Source: Candidatus Micrarchaeota archaeon
GTDB taxonomy: Archaea > Micrarchaeota > Micrarchaeia > Anstonellales > Bilamarchaeaceae
DNA length: 64,000 nucleotides
NCBI GenBank assembly: GCA_040754495.1
Contig: JBFMCO010000022.1
Location: 18,233 to 82,232 of the forward strand
Direction: 5' to 3'
This document shows, in pieces, positions 19,901 to 24,703 of the stretch (its first letter is position 1; each line of letters begins with the position of its first letter). The position numbers were made by a program, and so were the translations under genes. A model generated the notes under the pieces. The model worked only from the letters and a program-made list of their open reading frames with translations. It was not told the origin of the DNA and did no database searches.

Positions 19901-22471
19901 GCGGCGGATGTCGCGCGCAGGGTGGATGAGCGGATGGGCTGGGAGAACGCCGGCCACATGAGGGCGCTTGAGCGGAGGTATCCGGACCTCGGCACCCTGC
20001 CTCCGCACATGCAGGAGTACAGGGAGCCCCTCGAGCGTGCGCGCAGGCGCATAGCGGGCGGCGAGAAGCCCGATGACGTTTACCTTGACGAGTCGAAGAG
20101 GATGCTGAGGGCTAATCCCCGGGAGAGGGCGAAGGCCGAGGACATAATCACGAGGCACGGGAGGGGCGTGGCAGACGCCGAGGTGTCCGCGGTCCTGGAG
20201 TTCCAGAAGAGAAACGGCATCGCGTCTTTCGAAGATGCGGCGTATGCATTCGTGAGACAGCAGGCCGCGCCGAAACCTCCAGCGGAACCGCTGCAGCCAT
20301 CCGAAGCCATTTACCGGAAGCATGAAGCGAATATTTTCGGCCCTGCCCGGGGGCAGCTTGGCAGCGAGCTCCTTGCCAGCCTGAGGGGCGCTGAGGAGAG
20401 GATAGCCGGCATGGTGCCTGAGGGGCCGGAGAGGGAGCGCGCGCTCAAAAGATGGGGCGAGTTTGCAGACCGGGCGCTCTCGCGCATCGCCGATCTCCCG
20501 GCACCCGAGCGCGCGGACGCGCTGGCGCGCTTCATGATAGCGGGCGACTATCTCCTCACAAGGGCGGCTGAGAACCCGGCGCGCACGAAGGCATGGCTCG
20601 ATTTCATCGCCGACAACCCGAACGCCGTCGAATACGCCATGCTCGCCAAACGAGGTCTCGACATAAGGGCGCAGGACATAGTCGTGGCCGAAATCCGCCC
20701 CAGCATCCATGACATGTCTGACAGGAAAGCGCTGAAGAAGGCCCTCGGGAAGAGGGTATCGTTCATGGAGGACGTGATACGCGAGATACCGGAAAGGTGG
20801 TTCATGGAGGCGGGGGTGAGGCGCGATTATATGATGGACCTTGCAGGTTCCGACCCGCTCAGGGCGGCGGCCGAGCTCGACCGCGTCACGATGCCGCACG
20901 GAATCAGTGTTGTGAGGAAGGCAACGGGCGTGTACCTCGCAGAGGTCTCGCACACGTTCTCGCTGCATGGCCAGCCGGACATCCGGGGCCTCGTAATAAC
21001 CGGCGCTTACGGGACGGGCGACATGTTCGACGGCATGACCGCGTATTTCAATCCCCTCAGCGGCAGGATTTTCATGCGCGGGACTGCCCATTTCGCGGAG
21101 GCCGGCATACCGGAATCCGCGCTTCCGGGCATGAAGATGACGTACGTGCATGAGATGCAGCACCTGCTCGACAACGCCGGCGGGTATGTCGCGGCACTCT
21201 CGGCCAGGTCTGCAGGGCGCGGAATGGCCTTCATGCCGGAATACCGCGCCAGGCTCGAGACCACGGCGGTCGCGAGAGAGGTCCTGGAGATGGTTCCCCG
21301 GCTGGGGGGCCGCGGGACCGAGGATGCCATCAACGCAGCCATCAGGAAGGACCCGGAGGAATACAAGCAGGCTTACAGGAAGGCGCTGGACGCCATGCGC
21401 ACAGGCGAGGACGGAAGGCCCGACCCGGACTGGGCGGGCAGGCCGCCCGAGGTTCTGCAGAACCGGCTGAGGAAGCTTATAGACGACGAATACCGGAGCC
21501 TTATGCCGCTGAGCTATACCGAGCTCTACGGGCCGACAACCGCAGGGATCGTCCGCGGGGAGATCACGGTCAGGAAGCCGGCCGCCCCCGAGGCCGTTCC
21601 CTTCAAGCCCGCCGTAGCCGCGGACTCGGCTCCGGGACGCGGGGAGCCGGACCTGCTGCGCTCTGCCAAGTATGAAAATGGAATCCTGACGATAGAGGCG
21701 GATTACCTGGGAGGCGAGCTTGCACATGCGGTGAAGCCGCAATTCGCCGAATCCGCGGTGAATGGCGAGTTCATCCCTTCCGGCGACAGGACAAAGCCGA
21801 GCGGCCTGTGGCTCTCGTGGGGCTCCGGCTGGGATTACTTCACAGGGAGCAACCCCGGCCTGATGTTCAAAGGCACCGTGAAGTTCAGGGCCGAGATGAG
21901 GTCCGGATTGAAGCTCTTCCTGCTTGACGGGCGCGAATCTTTCGATAGCATGATGGCCGAATTCCGGCGGGAAGTTAAGGTCGCCGAGACAACGGGGAGC
22001 GGGTATCCGGATGGCACCTGGCCTGATAACAACTGGGTGTACTACGAGAAGAGCCCATGGCAGTGGCTTAGGGAAAGGGGCTATGACGGCGTGGCCGTGA
22101 CGGAGGAGGGATATCTGGATACCAATTTCCAGTTCGGCTGGGACGCGGCCTCCATAGTCATTTTCGAGCCTGCGGGCAATGTGCGCCTGCCTGGAGGCGA
22201 AGCCAGGCTGGAGGAGTACAGGAAGGGTGCCCAGGGCAGCGCGGACGCCATGCTGCCCCTTATTGAAGAGGCAGGCCTGCCGTTATTCGGCCCGAATAAG
22301 GCGTATGACCTCATAGAGGCGTACGCCGGCGGCAGGGCTGAGCGCAGCCCGGGAAAGCGCATCGATGCCGAGGATGAGGCTTTCCTTAAAAAGCTCCTGG
22401 ACGAGAAACCGGGCCTTGAAGAGGCTGCGAAAAGGATTATCGAATACGTTAGAAAGAGGGAAGGGGGATAG
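1946..22471 (+). CDS. giant multidomain protein, 6,841 aa (repetitive helical region, hydrophobic cluster, 3 atypical kinase-like modules, 1 ePK/RIO-like module, HExxH site, unassigned C-terminal domain)
   Basis: Single uninterrupted ORF in the track. Competing ORFs inside it are antisense or off-frame, low-complexity Arg/Pro/Ser/Ala-rich shadows. Several catalytic-type motifs are conserved (see sub-features). Confidence 0.85.
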   Translation: MGQKPAERQPEVRDEGVRVAQPQVPMVPREQPRGGANEAAANAATGLGVMGKFAAVLDFIIADPSRAEGRLAEFSRRLEPYRADYPEETRIALGLFGAASRMYREAQDARAHGDTQRAQELEDSARAHFREGMAKAGSVPGMAQDIHSLAGAGASPEWIESRKAAFNDVGLGTWNRAIAIDQAVEWRVKNDAIIDAGGPAAREAEARMRDEAVRLAEGSRQGQAFSEQDYQDTMRRFSEASAPVTALAAHIHGAAALFHQAAMRQGVSEQYTKAMEDLKKEFDKLLKKLEEGTATKEDVEKAKELADAVKAAETDLEGLSGDDAVTVSGIHARGLSALRQGKGEMARVQRQLAREYAKTKDPGMRKKLERWSADLAKGKAPEAELERWLEAQRPAEFRALTTENIKRETAERAGLLREKGYERSHPRETKRIAELDREAAKALEEAKALRKRGDLDGAGKLEAKAFRLLREARAKVLWLERLDRFQARLAGIKEPPEMKKAAEEVSKALGGAFNFIGTQDGWRARLAFIAADVFIRYGKVLQSKPAAPLLKGILSIVGILSDPRKKVDEKRAQEEVGRLEPKALSAELGGLKGKVDDKAHSKLTDAVKAASGFIGTNQQWRAAYLLRGVKFFLDNREKIGTRGKLFEGIMGFLGRLADPKGEIGEEEAKREFARITGIPAEAPAQAGGRREAALTVAGLKQAGEGFEKRLRAIPGHEEQVRSITETVKLAGEEFRAGNVKKAQELLALAEKKAAALEGVVEREKRIDASGAPEEAREKLKKAGLAAFNDLGKQSGGRFDTVVKATDLFLGGMERKLWLQPGGETAALKLLDFIGRLGEGALQGLEFDSQAAESELSDISAQAGELWKAMLGASITEWLRLIEGWRTMGGLGTANAKFLDDLAESYRALQKRLEEGAKAEDIEQEASALEARAEHAKKIGEELEERERAVAVFRGDVEDFKADTAAFRASERFKKYAADAEPYVKKAEEWEEKAATFMAEAEKLEGDAKAEMIKRAADAVKRSEELLGHAGKIIGLREAGASDEVVSAYRKAANSYIAVFEPAPPGLAGEAQIFPDDVLAYAAIVFSAADSYLFFRKHGRAEAEKRAERLVLGTTFASRIADAEAELRGLDGEMEYAEAIDSDTAARKQKLMDSATELRGDKRKVPKPREGSAEWYGQMALDALERGDFAVADLAVYRGMFEKVAPGGGRNYVPEDIERDISAVLRGEKVPAAGELDRYLTLIDSASLTAQADLLKRDNPVSGSAEERERKQRVHKLAEEIKRRADAHDFAGAERLLEMATVYTGLARDKKWKAFAGADRMEAALDAELAGGDHSGEFQAAVVYQKASEETASFRASLADWGAGLAENKKLVERGLLRVEQLVSEGKTEEAGALFGQLMLYAGAVRTFAAPKKRDVIPGFDPAYDSSKLGGMGLALDALIKGEAEVGGKKPEEVFSQSFLETQREYLNKRADAYLRLSEKMPVGAETVGQGLAEVRRRAAEGDFEGALRLLEMAGNYYGEAAPGKQAGWRYRDATRKGPGYERGRQDMLNAISMEIAAKDPADHDEALETFNSGSQRISVAKAAIERYEIVERNIYNALPTAVIDEWDHHGTIALRGEPTPENEEGPVLGRVSMEKIRRYESEHPDDTALGGGLSLKTLLTKMKKAAEEGDDEAFRKYEKAFFSRLYLVAGRILRREQLEENRQEVKKYIEVLEGFTAAITIDQLVPYGWLEGDDERLKKVTALEKQLKNNEISKAEFESKLNVILSERLQMIEQNKFTDKVPGPMRETVRQLAPRAKALLERARGLYGKLEKMDNNSSEFPLEEYKQVVKDLSALTEEYQTQRKISVAYSHIDQQLQMNKSYHEAIAGEGALASDYPDAYGRAVKFLGFSNGHFKKAQELLLKGEFKQAGAEFERGINRREWALMEADPNVLFGQANTYLGNLPISMLTGVPIIPESTTAMDEVSMIKHRPGWGVLKLAARGRGEDPYKYTYGWAKQQMENDQDVNLGNPARPDYVKDPQQSWAYYNYSPITEYGADFMGYEELGGRLWNSVLEGDGRKVQRYQKQMLVMEASVFYIPVDTFIDGINSKITYKDWQKRIHFQAMYNGDLAYDELFGDWGLMDARTGAKIAEGVGMFALSIATMGLGSVGFVVGGGKMLWDAIDGIQKDLAKYGEVTTMSWVNLGLTVVGLGASAAAGRLVKASQTAIEAAKLGDAAKFTTQVARAGRFATAARVVAYTDITVNVIGMVPQFYYGIKLMAEGKYAEGTQQLAFGAFSAFMAYHGGVQQLRGMRGLKTEIAKMGALREAHAKAPEVFASLSTPEGMFSFLQRVRARDPVSLVIYDNLPKPQRILFDGMLADRNVVSALKKNDIGLARGAFDSGLETFKQLSDLGGTRALTDAAHLGTQAGLEPFMRDLLIPESATGPQRTRRDAAYARLGEMKKRPETAEAAATIETLLKDKDVQKGNETGVLKIGWAADEIRSQQMQTINRYTDSVVSGEQARLGLYSSEGEAARANAKRIGDSYLAYARARSEGKPFDWDYHAKRMGMGPEDAKKLFAKLDAVPDARTVAGVISREGVRQAVRNRVALDGRAILGDTPLTELAGEGALFSRWGELTPEDLFGMALNRRERAAEELEGAGRETDGRLAAAKRERATALSREADALDAEVKRRQAPEEVLTPDSLRSGAKEKFGRAQRLRSEGRDEEAFALESEARRSIALAADLEKFGEYGIVRATPDGQFIHRDFPDRRFTRAELDDAAILVRAIRKRGVPTDKRLLAIYDALPKEVKKDYRGGEDALMKSVLDVIYSRRGQAAEAAAPVLRSEELPVPSDPALAAVAGMTVPGTNLRWGVIPPDQVLQWQAKVYEAYKAAYGKIGLIYDSPEAMFAKNPEVLVATDGEGRIVAFTILKKTAFGTKLSLVGAVPDIPEGRAAARAMIQGFPALEGAYITAPGAPAHLAIKAGVPVVPYDSARIIQGEVPAEAGSPGAYQNGEGKWVRQEAQRGDGPEGMAAISRMPGFADSELVKHAIAQDGVKPGAKPEELTWNDLVEQAVKMGELPDRPEVRQNAFAVPMVINGKPEIVVKVMFGKPPADALEVRSVLQSRGIGGQVAADAINLYKIFNGEQVPLEVASRYMDVTLHDQYTRIKQEKIASGMPETKADAEALVEVAKSMAPRAGEGGLEAGGPISQEGVELLRMAEGKLDLVEGLTGADVAKATLDWSQPRLEMLRILTVEGSPYRERFLAADPAERAVIADAIARGATPERAFLKAAEGMVPADGRKLLEVGERLKGLPEAERNLRLRDLESLNPALGRMLKRLADPATPETVKQEIAAEWDSAVAGAERHKRVNEARAARDAAQLAEQELALLKGTPDEQAAGRVPAWIESAAKARGKDPAALHEALVKAYGEGGTEGRLRVLNELGALGGMPEGVRSTFVQNSPEFFELIVRGGLEGRVAAMPGFEGGIIVNAEKLEGLRGAYKIDVEMPDGSKRSLFVKAEDLVPAQLGSELAGGHGLLPPVIHAADGQGMPFTYDTGIRYTDPVSGQETAHMQEFGIMEDVHDYATARHSDVIMLPDGRSAQVTVESVAVVSREVFADPARMQAILADEHHPAHKVVKAFWELAKTEEGRQRIFQAWRAYHELSRRAMLLDRFDRNTVAVLVTTPEGESVLTFQPIDMDYVAGKIGSDGDLRFFNDDFASASVDFATKIAGAAGVPAETVLGEMAKAYGSDSVFPREAADERAAAAASVRATLNKYDGKPFGAGYDVEDYGKTIGKDYVEYGGRDRIVGRRDGRAILHAGDITPLGERIGGAEAEADFSRFNREKFERMAKPLEEAAPPPAVEAQPPAGEKTPPGKRGAGNVTPPARPGAMRGAPAGGPRTVPGKRGAGGGEPVAAPGGRRKVAIGGGEVELEPAPERAPELAAMKISEDELSQLGVSYQGLYQDGAGRRLNVFETEAGGERRLVAIPADLSGKAMLDAIGAEVRALGRPTELPPELRGMPPDVSSQVGMDGAPKARLLSSEPLGRGSSADVYLAEMVIDGRPTRVAVKIYKNPEGNGTWQERAEYFADEVRKAKILGDAGLGPKVFGIADAGGNMAFAMEVIEGKPMYIDEMAPGLRAKYINEDTFAQVRKMYDELIAHGYEIGDFDFMILTEGPNAGRVVFLDAGALREVPRGAQGEPRPRYGDGAKRAEGGRLQAEAMTAMEYFTKMDRDELAAVAEVSKGLLGQGHVDSDTMRLLAVRWGSREGRARAIGEYITSIAGADEQKAKATFDALKRIEAETGIRLLPDGARFEDLAARAGEGEISEAEIIAPMSGDDYHAALAGMRTQAARESVALHFSGRGEIPDAATFENAAILADEAAGAKVPEQGQAELSVYYDGNGRIIGIADNERLFYGDPKAINDKTPEAKVRVDLESGRIVSMDERGMKNPLLADLVGLRILPGKGAEGAGPGGRGPPPLPPMKVLDEGSIVSAYASGTGQAQRTRAARSFVMLDGEGQGRVISELRSQGRHEEARHLTELQAIGGEAGAGIERVYGIPRDEIITIYAREPTAQGARKALAERLGIVILPFEWEHYPADRRQWVSVPYRDFRSFEDDHFLFGLITSGNMIDTVSQMYPGGRIASIEYHNGAIGAYEVAIRTQNGETRTVFVKRQDLRPDAAGSDYSVRSGVPAPEVITSAGGRELTYVGPDGEVSRYGIITNMRDFGGMMRFGGVEAQVRATDETALWDLDRSPLAGSLMSQDPQVRAKFWEELGYMLAGSYATGIWDRHAGNARAMVLEVQNADAHTNPADQSSPTVGEALSQKGYWVWQQDGKTYMFMIGGIDTDTAANYLAGEAHGSFDMTGMNIRYGYVDLHSLFNRLATIRGTSVDALVMEAFGDVSGGQVPGPVAMGMKRWWRDFGSDPHYADEMAGRFSSHEGESIGFGYPRTEQELDVIRQGGVLHQENPQNGDPYTIIAFADGRSRMRPEYEIVHREDIEALDPRIAAMFPPGRDMYAVEITGEVRKAVPDIDKRTNRIRTSDGRMVAIIDSADPLAKTLLDGGIPMVKARRDMPRQGEVAVDDATGIIRAAPGFGKLTGIQAYQAGPVPVFRAMMGAGEGFMLGQFAHIGHYILAKETSVREAAQVPAGVVAGEIEAPGIERMPAPAQVEGVRGGMRDLVGAVRSGDEGRIRAAEAEYDKRLGVLARLRPDTELRVVENETLFADLAPGGQAQAKVLAADYLRNRSAGKKLDGDLLVIDYLVSHGMNAVDAAAAVVNLGGAGKAPAPVTLPPYVAEHFGTRQPDPVTAENALILAGDRNTLGRLGIPDGLGRVLKSEGMAVVSEGKRMTEVRGYYDLESGRIIYLGRTDAPREVTAGGVEFVLRFDHESGRVSIPESEDVPLPDSIARLNGMRIAPPPQAVPFGVFGIFMPLFKYFRKPPAAAPQPEAVPIKVPRSRNDIQGRAEGIRGLPPDQQAQELAGLHDAVAAEHGDVYARNYRDMMEELVKHPEHSGRILDEWEAVRAEEKHYEALERARRYAFSAAEGFGIVRGQDRKLISGGEYAADMARSRGEKPKAFRKRLLEAYDAGFRRGGVLDARLGVANSLGVLDNIVVESRPGVLDEKRTMQARKEFIRKNPEFFDLIMRGGLEEVISANLGAGDVRIAGVSHAGGMARGAYGVEVLLPDGRRKRVFVKLEDLGPAAFGADLARVEGMIAPKVFTADSQGRPLSYDVSYKDPIGKRMVSGQRRFGIMLDVRDTVGQKARVRTADGRFREITVTSVALVGDDIFNARSLDGIPQPSRAAAEDFWTAMGSEGGREEMFRTWYAYQEMSRRATLSDRHTGNSMYVIGVTSDGETVRTFQPIDPDDIGAKVEARPEGMNFSEFNDFSALYTSNFVNGLYLASDNAASLGLLKSPINRAQASRAASSDAAMSGWRLPEDPGWVRSAAEFIIMDYDGKPFGLGTDMTIGGHGSYIKYHAGRRRAAGYDGRVRMYSDEMLAVYRGAQDPANAADVARRVDERMGWENAGHMRALERRYPDLGTLPPHMQEYREPLERARRRIAGGEKPDDVYLDESKRMLRANPRERAKAEDIITRHGRGVADAEVSAVLEFQKRNGIASFEDAAYAFVRQQAAPKPPAEPLQPSEAIYRKHEANIFGPARGQLGSELLASLRGAEERIAGMVPEGPERERALKRWGEFADRALSRIADLPAPERADALARFMIAGDYLLTRAAENPARTKAWLDFIADNPNAVEYAMLAKRGLDIRAQDIVVAEIRPSIHDMSDRKALKKALGKRVSFMEDVIREIPERWFMEAGVRRDYMMDLAGSDPLRAAAELDRVTMPHGISVVRKATGVYLAEVSHTFSLHGQPDIRGLVITGAYGTGDMFDGMTAYFNPLSGRIFMRGTAHFAEAGIPESALPGMKMTYVHEMQHLLDNAGGYVAALSARSAGRGMAFMPEYRARLETTAVAREVLEMVPRLGGRGTEDAINAAIRKDPEEYKQAYRKALDAMRTGEDGRPDPDWAGRPPEVLQNRLRKLIDDEYRSLMPLSYTELYGPTTAGIVRGEITVRKPAAPEAVPFKPAVAADSAPGRGEPDLLRSAKYENGILTIEADYLGGELAHAVKPQFAESAVNGEFIPSGDRTKPSGLWLSWGSGWDYFTGSNPGLMFKGTVKFRAEMRSGLKLFLLDGRESFDSMMAEFRREVKVAETTGSGYPDGTWPDNNWVYYEKSPWQWLRERGYDGVAVTEEGYLDTNFQFGWDAASIVIFEPAGNVRLPGGEARLEEYRKGAQGSADAMLPLIEEAGLPLFGPNKAYDLIEAYAGGRAERSPGKRIDAEDEAFLKKLLDEKPGLEEAAKRIIEYVRKREGG
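8330..8800 (+). other. hydrophobic/Gly-rich cluster (probable membrane-spanning segments) inside giant ORF
   Basis: Translations such as GVGMFALSIATMGLGSVGFVVGGG, WVNLGLTVVGLGASAAAG and LAFGAFSAFMAYHGG. This is the only strongly hydrophobic stretch I saw in the 6,841 aa. Confidence 0.45.
12245..13370 (+). other. atypical kinase-like module A of giant ORF (catalytic-loop His replaced)
   Basis: FVQNSPEFFELIVRGG... SLFVKAEDLVPAQLG (Lys codon 12428-12430) ... LLDRFDRNTV (12887-12904) ... FQPIDMDYV (12962-12973) ... KYDGKPFGAGYD. Collinear with modules B and C. Confidence 0.55.
13970..14470 (+). other. ePK/RIO/Bud32-like small kinase-like module of giant ORF
   Basis: Gly-rich loop LGRGSSADVY (from 14006), VAVKIYK (Lys codon 14081-14083), AHGYEIGDFDFMIL (Asp 14372-14374), VVFLDAGAL (Asp 14429-14431). 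No Asn follows the putative catalytic Asp. Confidence 0.5.
15790..16720 (+). other. atypical kinase-like module B of giant ORF
   Basis: GAYEVAIRTQNGETRTVFVKRQDLRPDAAG (Lys 15887-15889), GIWDRHAGNARAM (16235-16252), MIGGIDTDTA (16400-16414). Confidence 0.55.
18767..19880 (+). other. atypical kinase-like module C of giant ORF
   Basis: FIRKNPEFFDLIMRGG... GAYGVEVLLPDGRRKRVFVKLEDLGPAAFG (Lys 18953-18955), LSDRHTGNSMYV (19385-19402), FQPIDPDDIG (19457-19471), DYDGKPFGLGTD. Confidence 0.55.
21149..21163 (+). other. HExxH motif (HEMQH) in the C-terminal region of giant ORF
   Basis: MKMTYVHEMQHLLDNAG. cat gag atg cag cac lies in the giant-ORF frame. Confidence 0.5.
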
Positions 22472-22489
22472 CTGCCGCTGGAAGGGGAC

Positions 22490-23026
22490 TCAGGGCACGG
22501 CCTGCCCGTTTATCACGAAGCTGAATTTCTGCCTCTCCTTCTCAAGCGCCTTCACGGTTTCCAGAGAGTCCTTCAGCATGCGCAGGAAAGGCTCCCAGGA
22601 GCCGCTGCCGGAATGGATGCTGCGGATGGCCTCGGAAACGACGACCTTCCTTTTCTTGTCCACGAAAGTGCAGTAGATGCTGCTTCCCCGGCGCCTGACA
22701 TCGATGCCGTATTCCGCGAAATCCTCCTCCGGCGGAAGTGTGGCGCCGAGCGCGAGCGCGGATGCGACGGATTCTATCCCCTTCCTCGGCTCGGACGAAT
22801 AGGACTGGACGCCGACGCCGTCCTTGAGATAAAGGCTGTCCGGAATCCTGAGGAGCGGCTCCAGCTCCCGGGGCATCCCGCCGGCGATTTCCGCGAGGGT
22901 GTCCATGAGGCGCTCTTTAGTTGCGCGGTCCCGCAGGAGCGGATCTGCCAGCATCTTCTGGAACCTTTTTTCGCCTATGTCCGTTACGGTTGCTCCGGCC
23001 GTTTTCTTTTTTCTCTTTCCTGCCAT
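22490..23026 (-). CDS. small hypothetical protein, paralog family member 1 (array convergent on giant gene)
   Basis: ORF 22490..23032 (GTG); ATG at 23026 preceded by GGTG. The core IPDSLYL...YGIDVRRRGSSIYCTFVDKKRKVVV...GSWEPFL aligns with the 24133..24663 product. Its stop lies 18 nt from the giant ORF stop. Confidence 0.65.
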   Translation of the reverse strand: MAGKRKKKTAGATVTDIGEKRFQKMLADPLLRDRATKERLMDTLAEIAGGMPRELEPLLRIPDSLYLKDGVGVQSYSSEPRKGIESVASALALGATLPPEEDFAEYGIDVRRRGSSIYCTFVDKKRKVVVSEAIRSIHSGSGSWEPFLRMLKDSLETVKALEKERQKFSFVINGQAVP

Positions 23027-23028
23027 CG

Positions 23029-23577
23029 TCACACCAGGTACATGTCGCCGCAGTCGCTGACCGCTACTCTCCCCGGCTTCGCCTTCGCGGCTGCCTCGGC
23101 GGCCCTTATCGCGCCAGCGACTTCCGCCCAGTCCTTTTTTTGCGGCTTGTCCATATAGCGCATGAGCGGCTCCCTCACCATTATCCTCCGGCCCATGTCC
23201 GCGAGCACGAGATAGACTGTGCTTGTCGTCTCATAGACGGCGATGCCGTATCCCATGTCGGGCTTCCGGTCCATATGGCCGGATGAAAGGAAACGCGCCA
23301 GGACAGCGTTTATCCCGAACCCGGCGTCATCCGAAAGCGTGATTGCATTACCGGCCTCGCGCCGGTAAAGGCGCGCGGGGAGCGCAAGCGCCGCCTTGAC
23401 ATCCTCGCTCCAGTTCTGCGCGTATCCTGCAAGGCCCGAAGCGGCGTCCTCCCGCGACACGGAGGCAGGTGGCGCAGCTTCTGCAAGATGGCCTTCAGTG
23501 GCGCCGGCCTTCGCGATGAACGGCTTTTCCGGCGGAGGCAGGGGCACTGGACCGCGGGCATCCCTTTTCTTTGGCAT
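23029..23577 (-). CDS. small hypothetical protein, paralog family member 2
   Basis: ORF track. LPARLYRRE...GYGIAVYETTSTVYLVLADMGRRIMV is collinear with members 1 and 4. The stop is 2 nt before the next start. Confidence 0.6.
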   Translation of the reverse strand: MPKKRDARGPVPLPPPEKPFIAKAGATEGHLAEAAPPASVSREDAASGLAGYAQNWSEDVKAALALPARLYRREAGNAITLSDDAGFGINAVLARFLSSGHMDRKPDMGYGIAVYETTSTVYLVLADMGRRIMVREPLMRYMDKPQKKDWAEVAGAIRAAEAAAKAKPGRVAVSDCGDMYLV

Positions 23578-23609
23578 GAGTAAAACTTGCGATGAACCGT
23601 TTAAAATGG

Positions 23610-24107
23610 CTAGGTCGCCTCGATGAGCCGCCAGTAGGTGTTGTTGTCGAGGATGTTCCTCGCCTTCGCGAGGTCGGCCGGGGGAATCTGCGCCCCCGTA
23701 TCCAGCGCCTTCTTCACCGAGCGCAGGAATGCGAGGTCGGCCCGGGCGGCGGTTATGCAGCCCTGGACGATGCGTTCTATCTTGCCCTTGGCTTCCTCCC
23801 GCGACGCCTCCCCGCTTTCCAAGGATACCTCGATTTTTGACGGGTCTGCCAGGCTCCTGAAAACCACGCCGGAGCCGCCAAGCTCGTCTTTCTTCCCTCC
23901 GGCCATGCCCCGGACGAAGCTCTCGACGCCCCTCCGGAGGACGCCTGCCCCGTTCTCCAGGTCCCGCTCGAGGTATTCGATTTTGCCATCAATCCCGCGG
24001 GCAAGGCCGGCCATCTCCAGGCCCTCGCCTTTTTCCGGGGCGGCGCCTCTTGACGGGAATTTTCCTGAATCGCGCTTTTTCGGGAAGGGAATCACCTTTC
24101 TCTCCAT
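23610..24107 (-). CDS. small hypothetical protein inside the paralog array (no clear similarity to the others)
   Basis: ORF track. Basic N-terminus FPKKRDSGKFPSRG resembles the N-tails of its neighbours. Short spacers of 25 and 32 nt to flanking genes. Confidence 0.5.
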   Translation of the reverse strand: MERKVIPFPKKRDSGKFPSRGAAPEKGEGLEMAGLARGIDGKIEYLERDLENGAGVLRRGVESFVRGMAGGKKDELGGSGVVFRSLADPSKIEVSLESGEASREEAKGKIERIVQGCITAARADLAFLRSVKKALDTGAQIPPADLAKARNILDNNTYWRLIEAT

Positions 24108-24132
24108 GGGGGGTTATTGGCGAATCGGGATT

Positions 24133-24663
24133 TTAAATTGAGCTAACCGAGCCTTCTTTCACAATCACGAACTCGAAGCGCCTGCCGCTGCGCCTGTAGG
24201 ACTCGGCGAGCCTGAGCGCCTGGGAGAGGCTGTCCAGGAATCCGGTCCAGGAACCGGTGCTGACGTACATGTTCTTTATGTCGTCGAACACGACTACGCC
24301 CCGCTTCCGGTCCACCAGCGTGCAGAAGGTGTTGTCGCCCCGCGAGCTGATGTGTATGCCATAATCCGGAAGGCCGGGCGGGAACCCTGAGCCCAGCATG
24401 AGCGCCCCTGCGGCTTTCGCCGCGCCTTTCTCGGCATCAGATGAGAAGGACGATTCGCCGGTGCGGTAAAGCCTGGCAGGGATTCCAAGAAGGTGGGCCT
24501 GCTCGTCGCTCATCGGGACGATTCTCCGCAGCTGTCCGATGCACTCTTCCCGCGTTACTGAATTGGCGTCGGTCATATTGCGCCTCCTCCTCCACTCCGC
24601 AAGGTCCGTCATCCCCGACTCGCGCTCCGGCGCGCCGGAGGAGCGGCCCTTCCCGCCAAGCAT
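24133..24663 (-). CDS. small hypothetical protein, paralog family member 4
   Basis: IPARLYRTGE...DYGIHISSRGDNTFCTLVDRKRGVVV...GSWTGFLDSL...FEFVI is clearly homologous to the 22490..23026 product. Confidence 0.65.
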   Translation of the reverse strand: MLGGKGRSSGAPERESGMTDLAEWRRRRNMTDANSVTREECIGQLRRIVPMSDEQAHLLGIPARLYRTGESSFSSDAEKGAAKAAGALMLGSGFPPGLPDYGIHISSRGDNTFCTLVDRKRGVVVFDDIKNMYVSTGSWTGFLDSLSQALRLAESYRRSGRRFEFVIVKEGSVSSI

Positions 24664-24703
24664 GCCATCTAACTCTTGCGAAGATATTTTAATGGGGCAC
24701 GGA

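Noticed and set aside
19667-21742. 691-aa ORF on the - strand inside the giant gene
   Set aside because: It is antisense to a frame with conserved catalytic-type motifs. Its translation is Arg/Pro/Gly/His-rich low complexity with no motifs, the typical shadow ORF of GC-rich coding DNA.
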